Part shown: one piece after another, positions 57,308 to 64,000 of the stretch
How the letters are laid out: each line of letters begins with the position of its first letter
How positions within the stretch are numbered: position 1 is the stretch's first letter
Source: Abditibacterium sp.
GTDB lineage: Bacteria; Armatimonadota; Abditibacteriia; Abditibacteriales; Abditibacteriaceae
Reading direction: 5' to 3'
DNA length: 64,000 nt
Assembly (NCBI GenBank): GCA_965246885.1
Contig: OZ251992.1
Coordinates: forward strand, 2,176,001 to 2,240,000
Notes under the pieces: generated by a model
What the model was told of the DNA's origin: nothing
The model's database searches: none
The model's input: only the letters and a program-made list of their open reading frames with translations
Program-made: the position numbers and the translations under genes

Positions 57308-58036
57308 TCAGTGGGGAAGTCGCTCCAATTCCGAGCGTAACCTTGTATAGCGCGCGTCAACCCAAGCGGGGCGCTGGGCATCTGAGGGCACGTCGCGCGC
57401 GCGAAAGTCGAGCGGGCAGAGCAGCACCTCAATGTTTTCGATGCCCGTTTGCGCGGCCAAGACAAACAGATCTTCGGCGGCCTCATCGCCCATTGCCAAG
57501 CAGCCAACTGAGGCATTGGAGCCATGAATCATGATGTCGCCGCCCAAGCCGGTGCGATGGTCAAGGGCCGCCTGCGCGCGGTCTTCGGCGTTCGGATAAC
57601 CCACGCGAAGCGCGAGGTGAAAAGCGGAGTTCGGGTTGAGCGACTCGATGCGATATACGCCTTCGGGCACTTGTAAGTCGCCTTCGCGCAGCTTGGGGCC
57701 GCTCTTGCCGCTCGCCGCCAGCATGGGAAAAGAGCGAATAAAGCGCGGCTCGCCGTCATCGCCGCACGCGTAGACCTCCAACCGCTTTTCCTGCTTCAAG
57801 CCGACGAGCACCAGTTTGCGCGGCGGGTAGGGGACGTGAGCGGCTTGGAAATACGGGTTCCAGCGCGCCTGAACGACGGAGCCGTATTGCGCGAGTCGGT
57901 CGGAAACGATGGCTTTGCCTTGCAGTTTTTGCATCACAACTGTGCCGCCCGGAAAGCGCGATGGATGTAGGGCGACCACGCCGAGAAAGGCGCAAACTCC
58001 CGCAAACGCGAATAGACCGATGTGGCTCCTTTTCAT
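57308..58036 (-). CDS. L,D-transpeptidase (YkuD) family protein, YafK/DpaA-like
   Basis: GPKLREGDLQVPEGVY, NPNSAFHLAL..GYPN, GGDIMIHG...GCLA. Confidence 0.87.
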   Translation of the reverse strand: MKRSHIGLFAFAGVCAFLGVVALHPSRFPGGTVVMQKLQGKAIVSDRLAQYGSVVQARWNPYFQAAHVPYPPRKLVLVGLKQEKRLEVYACGDDGEPRFIRSFPMLAASGKSGPKLREGDLQVPEGVYRIESLNPNSAFHLALRVGYPNAEDRAQAALDHRTGLGGDIMIHGSNASVGCLAMGDEAAEDLFVLAAQTGIENIEVLLCPLDFRARDVPSDAQRPAWVDARYTRLRSELERLPH

Positions 58037-58109
58037 GCCATCAGTTTTAGAAAATCCCCGACCGCGCGGCGTCGCCGGACGCGCAAAGGTTCACACTGAG
58101 ACGTAATCC

Positions 58110-60137
58110 ATGCAACCGAAGCCCTTTTTTATCACCACTCCGATTTACTACATCAACTCTGTGCCGCACGTCGGGCACGCTTACACGCAGATTGCGGCGG
58201 ATGCGCGCGCGCGCTTCGAGCGGCTTCGCGGACGCGAAGTGTACTTCCTCACGGGCACCGATGAGAACGCCCTCAAAGTCGCGCGTGCGGCGGGGGCGCA
58301 GGGGCGCGACCCGTTGGAGTTTTGCGATGAGTTGGCGCGCGCCTTTCAGGAGGTGTGGGCCGCGCTCGACATCTCTTACGACGACTTCATCCGCACGACC
58401 GAAGCGCGCCATGTCGGGCCGGTGCGGGAAGTCGTGCAAAAGCTGTGGGACGGCGGGTTCTTGGAGTTGGGGACGTATTCGGGTTGGTATAGCGTTCCCG
58501 ACGAGACCTTTTTCCGCCCCGAAGAGGTCGTCGAGCGCGACGGCGCGCACTATTTGATTTCCCCCGGCGAAGACCAAACCAAAGAGCCGCTCGAATGGAC
58601 GGAAGAGGTCGGGCACTTCTTCAAGCTGTCCAGCTTTGGGGCGCAACTGCTCGCCATCTACGCCGCCCACCCGGAAGTGTTGCGTCCCGAATCGCGCCGT
58701 AACGAAACGCTGCGCTTTATCGAGCGCGGCCTGTTCGATACCTCCATCTCGCGCGCGCAGGAGTGGGGCATCCCGCTTCCAACGGGGGTGCCCGAATCGG
58801 CGGGCAAGGTGGTGTACGTCTGGTTCCCGGACGCCCTGCTCAATTACGCGACGGCTCCCGGCTTTTTGGCGAATGACGAACGCTTTCAGTCGCTGTGGCC
58901 GCCCGACTTGCAACTGATGAGCAAGGACATCTTCACCCGCTTCCACGCGACGCTGTGGCCCGCCTTGCTTCTGGCGCTTGGTCTGGAACTGCCTCGCGAA
59001 CTGTTCGCGCACGGCTTCTGGACGGTGGACGGCGAGAAGGTTTCCAAGCGCAATCCCAACACCATCGTGGAACCCATCGCGTTTGCCACACAAATTGCCG
59101 AAGCTGCGGGGGGCGCTGACATGCGCGTCGGAGTGGACGCGCTCCGCTACTATTCGCTGCGCGAAGTGACGTTTGGCGCGGACGGGGATTTCTCCAAACT
59201 GGGCTGCGTCATCCGCTACAACGCGGACTTAGCGAACGGGCTGGGCAACCTCGTCCAACGCGCGACGGTGATGCTTCATAAATACTTCGAGGGCCGCGTT
59301 CCCGCGACGCACAGCGTGGGCGGCGCGTGGCTGGACGACTTGCGCGCACGGCAAGGGGCAGTCGCGGCGGCCTACGAAACGCTCGACTTTTCCGGCGCGC
59401 TCGCCGAAATATGGGAAGTCGTCGGCATCGCTAACCGGTGGATCGAGGACGAGAAGCCTTGGGCCAAAGTCAAGGCGGGAGATTTGGAAGGCGCCGCCGA
59501 TTTGCTGCTGCGCCTGTTGACCGTAGTCCAATGGGTCGCGGTTTGCACGTGCCCCGCGATGCCACAAAGCGCCGCGCTGTTGTGGGCGGCGTTGGGCCGG
59601 AGCGAGCCAATGACGTGGGAAAGTTCGCTCGCGCCATTCGAGACGGATCACGAACTCCCGCCGCCGTCGCCCATCTTCCCCCGTGCCGATACTAAACCCT
59701 TCGAGCCACAACCCAAGGAACCCATTATGTCCGACACCACACCCGCCACTCAAACCGAACTTACCACAACGAAAAGCGCGGAGCCTGCTTCCGAGGCGCC
59801 CGCCGCCGAGAGCACGTTCATCTCGATAGACGACTTCGCCAAAGTGCAACTGCGCGTGGGCCGCGTTCTCGAAGCCGAGCGCATCCCCAAAGCCGACAAG
59901 TTGCTCCGCTTGCAGGTGGACTTGGGCGGCGAAACGCGCCAAATCCTCGCGGGCATCGCGCAGCATTACACGCCCGATGAAATGATTGGCCGCTCCGTCG
60001 TGGTCGTCGCCAACCTCGCGCCGCGCGCCCTGCGGGGCTATGAGTCGCAGGGAATGTTACTGGCCGCGTCGGACGAGTCGGGGAAACTGGCGCTCATCAG
60101 CCCCGGCGAAGTCGCGCCCGGCGGGGTGGTGCGTTAA
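58110..60137 (+). CDS. metG: Methionine--tRNA ligase
   Basis: TTPIYY, HVGH, TGTDE, YVWFPDALLNY, KVSKR (KMSKS-like), C-terminal tRNA-binding domain. Confidence 0.96.
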   Translation: MQPKPFFITTPIYYINSVPHVGHAYTQIAADARARFERLRGREVYFLTGTDENALKVARAAGAQGRDPLEFCDELARAFQEVWAALDISYDDFIRTTEARHVGPVREVVQKLWDGGFLELGTYSGWYSVPDETFFRPEEVVERDGAHYLISPGEDQTKEPLEWTEEVGHFFKLSSFGAQLLAIYAAHPEVLRPESRRNETLRFIERGLFDTSISRAQEWGIPLPTGVPESAGKVVYVWFPDALLNYATAPGFLANDERFQSLWPPDLQLMSKDIFTRFHATLWPALLLALGLELPRELFAHGFWTVDGEKVSKRNPNTIVEPIAFATQIAEAAGGADMRVGVDALRYYSLREVTFGADGDFSKLGCVIRYNADLANGLGNLVQRATVMLHKYFEGRVPATHSVGGAWLDDLRARQGAVAAAYETLDFSGALAEIWEVVGIANRWIEDEKPWAKVKAGDLEGAADLLLRLLTVVQWVAVCTCPAMPQSAALLWAALGRSEPMTWESSLAPFETDHELPPPSPIFPRADTKPFEPQPKEPIMSDTTPATQTELTTTKSAEPASEAPAAESTFISIDDFAKVQLRVGRVLEAERIPKADKLLRLQVDLGGETRQILAGIAQHYTPDEMIGRSVVVVANLAPRALRGYESQGMLLAASDESGKLALISPGEVAPGGVVR

Positions 60138-60152
60138 GCGCCACCAACGGAA

Positions 60153-60181
60153 GCAGCCCGCGTCGAAACGACGCGGGCTGC
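60153..60181. terminator. Hairpin between convergent metG and NlpC/P60 genes
   Basis: GCAGCCCGCGTCG-AAA-CGACGCGGGCTGC. Confidence 0.7.
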
Positions 60182-60202
60182 TGAGTTTAACCGGGCGGGC
60201 CG

Positions 60203-61219
60203 TTAGCTCTTGGCGACTAAGCGGCGCGCTCCGGCGTAGTGCTCGACCCATTTGGGTTCGTTGAGGGACGAGATGATGGTGCCCACGTGCGAGTTGGCGG
60301 CGTGGATGAAGCGGCCCCGGCCCAGATAAATGCCGACGTGCGACACGCCGGGTTTGTAGGTGTTGGCGAAGAACACGACATCGCCCGGCTTAAGCGACCC
60401 GCGCGCGATGGGCGTCCCGTAGCGGAACTGCTCGGCGGCGGAATGTGGCAGAGCACGGTAGCCCAAGTCGCGCATCACGCGCATGATGAAGCCAGAACAA
60501 TCGAAGCCGCGCGCGCTTTCGCCGCCCCAGACATACGGCGTGCCTAAATAACGTTGCGCGACGCGCACAAAGGGGTGCAAGCCGCTCCCGTCGTCACCCG
60601 CGTCCGCCATAGCGGAGCGCAGGACGGACGTGAATACGCCCAACTGCCGTTGGCTGCGCGCCAAGCTCGCTTGGCTCCTGTTCAAGCGCGGTTCTTCGGC
60701 ACCCAAGTCTGCGTCAAGCTGCACCAGCCGCGCCCGGTTTTGCAGCGCTGCGCGCGAGGCTAAGTCATGAGGACGCGCGATGGCTGGCGCCAGAATTCTG
60801 GGCGCGCTCGCGGGCGCTGGAAAGGCTTCCGGCCCGGTCACTTCTCGCGGCGCCGGTGGGAACAAGGAGCCAATCGACAACGACACGGCGACTTTCACGG
60901 CGGGTGTCGCTTCCACCGGTGCGACGACTTTCTTGCCCAGAGTAGGGGCGGTCGCTTGCAACAGGGGGCGTGGGGCCGAGGAGTGATCGCGGGGCGCGTC
61001 GCGTTTACTATTGGCGACAACACTTTCGGCAATAGCGCTGCCCGGTTTGGCGCTTGGAGACAACACCGGCGCGACCACAATAACGGGAATTGGCGGCGCG
61101 GGCGGAGTTGGGGAGGGGATGGGCACGGCTTTCACCACGTCGGTGCGAGGACTTTCGTCCGCCAGCGCCGGGCGCAATAACATGACCCCTAAAAAGGATA
61201 AGAAGACAAGACGAAACAT
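60203..61219 (-). CDS. NlpC/P60 (C40) cell-wall peptidase
   Basis: Signal peptide, Pro-rich linker, YLGTPYVWGG..GFDCSG, HVGIY, FIHA. Confidence 0.93.
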   Translation of the reverse strand: MFRLVFLSFLGVMLLRPALADESPRTDVVKAVPIPSPTPPAPPIPVIVVAPVLSPSAKPGSAIAESVVANSKRDAPRDHSSAPRPLLQATAPTLGKKVVAPVEATPAVKVAVSLSIGSLFPPAPREVTGPEAFPAPASAPRILAPAIARPHDLASRAALQNRARLVQLDADLGAEEPRLNRSQASLARSQRQLGVFTSVLRSAMADAGDDGSGLHPFVRVAQRYLGTPYVWGGESARGFDCSGFIMRVMRDLGYRALPHSAAEQFRYGTPIARGSLKPGDVVFFANTYKPGVSHVGIYLGRGRFIHAANSHVGTIISSLNEPKWVEHYAGARRLVAKS

Positions 61220-61287
61220 AAGGGCTACCGGAGATGCAGGGAACGGCGAACAGTGTGCGCGACGGGGGTGTGTCGGTCAAGCGCTCT

Positions 61288-63348
61288 TTAGCTTGTTGCT
61301 TGCACAACGACGGGCACCGCTTTTTTGTCTTCCGGTTTGAGTTGCGAAAGTAGCAGTATCGGTTGGTCTACGACGCGCTCGCCGTCGCGCAGGCCCGACT
61401 TGATTTCGACGTCGAAGGCGGTTTCGTGCGCGATCTGGACGGCCCGCCATGTGAGCGAAGAGGACGCCGATGCCGTGCCGGAGGAAGCGAGAACGGCGAC
61501 AAACGACGCGCCGTCGCGCGGTAACACGACCGAGGCGGGCACGACGACGGACTTCTCGCTGTTGGGAATGTTGGATGCGACGGCGGGCAGGACACCGGCG
61601 GGCAGTTCGGCTTGCACGGACTTCTCGCCGGTTGCAGGCGCGTTGTCGAGGCTCTGGGCGTCAATTTGCGCGGTGCCTCCGTCGTGGTCGGGCGGAGTAA
61701 TGTGAGTGATGCGAACCGAAAACGTCGGCGCGGGAACGGCGTTTGGTGAGGCAGTAGAGCCGGAAGGGCCGCTCGTGGGCATTGCGGGCGAGGGTGCCGA
61801 GGCACTGTTTTCGGGCGCATCGGCAGAAACGCTGGACGCGGCGCGCAAGGTCTGGCCGACTTGGAGCAACTTCCATGCTCCGCTTCGGTCGCTAAAGCGC
61901 AGGAAGCCGTTTTGCCCGCGCGACAGGCCGAAGATGGGTTGCCCAACGCCAACCTCACGCGCCAAGCGCGCAATCCACGTGACCGTCCCTGCGACGGGGG
62001 CGCGCCCAGAAACAAAGGTGGCGCGCGGCACGGACTGCATGACGGTTTCTTGGGCGGACTGCAAATCCTGCGTGGCGACTTCGACGCGTTGCGAGGTGTC
62101 TTTGACTTGCCGCTCGTACTGCGCGACGCGTGCGCGCACGCGGTCGGCTTGCCGGATGGCGGCCTTCGACTCGCGGAGCGCGGAGGCTACCAAGGGTGCG
62201 GCTTGCTCCGCCGTCATGGTGCGCGCGTCGGCGGAAGCATCGGGGGCACCGGCGCTCTCGTCGGGGGCGGAAGCGGCCTTTGGAGCGGTATCGGCGGAGC
62301 GATGAGCGCGCTGGGCTTCGGCTTGCGCGGCGTCCGCTTTTTGTTGGCGGGATGCGGCGGCGCGCTCGGCGACATCGGCGCGCGTTTGGGTGGCCTTGAG
62401 CGTCGAGGCGGCCTCATCGGCGGTGTCGCGGGCGCTTTGCAACACGTCGGCGGTGATTTTCTCGGCCCCAAAATCCGCTTCGGCCTTGCTGAGGGCCGCC
62501 GCCGACTTCTTGGCAGCGCGTTGCGCGTCGGCAAGGGCTGCTTTGGCGTCGTCGGAATCGGACTGGGCGCTCTCTGCGCTTCCCTTGGCACGTTGCGCGT
62601 CGGCCTGGGCGCGCACTTCTTCGCGGCTGGCGGGCGCCGCTTCGGAGTCAGGGTGGCGCAGGCGTTTTCGCTTCTTTCGGGGTGCGGGAGTGCCCGCTTC
62701 GAGCGGGATTTTCTCGCCGTTAATTAAGCGCTTTACAAGGGTGCGTGTCGAGGCGACTTTCTCCTGCGCGCTGGCGACGCGCTCTTGTGCGGCGGCGAGT
62801 TGGGTGCGGGCGATGGCGAGGTTTTGCGACAGTTCGGCCTGCCCCCGGTTGGCTTCAACTTCGGCGCGCTCGGCGCGGTTTTGATGCGTGGTTTCGACAA
62901 CGGGCGCGGAACGGGACGCGACGCCGGTGGAAATTTCGACTACGCGGTCGCCCGCTTCGACGTGCGCACCCGGCTCGACGACCCAGCGCGCGACTTCGCC
63001 GGAAGCGCGCGCGTGCCCAACGGAGTCCGTCGTCAACTTCCACTCGCCCGACAGCATCCGGGCGCTCGTCTTGGTCGGAACAAGGCGCGCCTGCACCAGT
63101 TGCGAGGCGGGCACAACCATCGGCGCGACGGGTTGAACCGTTGGCCCCGTCGCGCTTTGGGAAGTAACGGGCGGCGGCACGAGGCGAACCATGAGCGCGC
63201 CTACAAGGAGGGCGCCGCCGCACGCCGCAACGGGGCGCATAAAGCCCCAGTCGCGCGGGCGTTTGGGAGCGGCGAGGGCGGCGGGTTGAATTTCGGGAGC
63301 CGGAATTTCGGCGGTGACGAGCGAGGAAGGAGGCGAAGAAGCGTTCAT
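61288..63348 (-). CDS. Membrane-fusion-protein-like periplasmic adaptor, orphan
   Basis: TM helix, VEPGAHVEAGDRV, long Ala-rich coil, RAPVAGTV, VVPASVV, SGLRDGERVV. Confidence 0.7.
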   Translation of the reverse strand: MNASSPPSSLVTAEIPAPEIQPAALAAPKRPRDWGFMRPVAACGGALLVGALMVRLVPPPVTSQSATGPTVQPVAPMVVPASQLVQARLVPTKTSARMLSGEWKLTTDSVGHARASGEVARWVVEPGAHVEAGDRVVEISTGVASRSAPVVETTHQNRAERAEVEANRGQAELSQNLAIARTQLAAAQERVASAQEKVASTRTLVKRLINGEKIPLEAGTPAPRKKRKRLRHPDSEAAPASREEVRAQADAQRAKGSAESAQSDSDDAKAALADAQRAAKKSAAALSKAEADFGAEKITADVLQSARDTADEAASTLKATQTRADVAERAAASRQQKADAAQAEAQRAHRSADTAPKAASAPDESAGAPDASADARTMTAEQAAPLVASALRESKAAIRQADRVRARVAQYERQVKDTSQRVEVATQDLQSAQETVMQSVPRATFVSGRAPVAGTVTWIARLAREVGVGQPIFGLSRGQNGFLRFSDRSGAWKLLQVGQTLRAASSVSADAPENSASAPSPAMPTSGPSGSTASPNAVPAPTFSVRITHITPPDHDGGTAQIDAQSLDNAPATGEKSVQAELPAGVLPAVASNIPNSEKSVVVPASVVLPRDGASFVAVLASSGTASASSSLTWRAVQIAHETAFDVEIKSGLRDGERVVDQPILLLSQLKPEDKKAVPVVVQATS

Positions 63349-63450
63349 ATTCGGGCGCAAGATAATACCAAGAGGCAAGTGTGCCCGCTCCAAGGTGAAG
63401 AGGACGTTAGGAAAGACGAGGAATCTCGCCAAAGTTTCAAAAGATGGCAC

Positions 63451-63485
63451 AAAAAAGCCCGCTTCAAGGGATGAAGCGGGCTTTT
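63451..63485 (-). terminator. Rho-independent terminator after rpoC (possibly bidirectional)
   Basis: AAAAAAGCCCGCTTCA-AGGGA-TGAAGCGGGCTTTT. Confidence 0.88.
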
Positions 63486-63501
63486 CGGTTGGGGAATGTT
63501 C

Positions 63502-64000
<499 letters not shown>

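Noticed and set aside
58037..58109. T-box or SAM riboswitch before metG
   Set aside because: The intergenic space is only about 70 nt and has no conserved motifs.

Overview
This 64 kb window is a GC-rich stretch of a diderm bacterial chromosome. The gene mix loosely suggests an Armatimonadota/Abditibacteriota-like lineage, but that is inference only. Housekeeping genes are tgt, ilvD, acpS, dut, secD/secF, tatC, mutY, gcvH, ricT, metG, the 3' end of rpoC and one tRNA-Ser(UGA). Envelope and accessory genes include a GH18-deacetylase-GT2 fusion, an ArnT-like transferase, a 2418-aa CSLREA/beta-helix surface protein, a TolC-MFP-RND efflux operon, glycoside hydrolases, cfa, PAP2, an L,D-transpeptidase and an NlpC/P60 peptidase. 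I saw no integrase, transposase, prophage or CRISPR array. The best lead is a His/Cys-rich leader ORF (50306-50767, minus strand) ending in an RGPP arrest-like motif. It is followed at once by a 14-bp hairpin that buries the Shine-Dalgarno of a redoxin / CACGC beta-barrel / TlpA operon, making it a candidate metal-sensing ribosome-stalling switch. Second, a dispersed ~150-bp element made of 21-nt units occurs twice between divergent genes and once in frame inside tatC. Third, many genes have -10-like boxes 6-8 nt before the start codon, suggesting leaderless mRNAs, including one compact bidirectional promoter. All calls come from reading the sequence; no searches were run.
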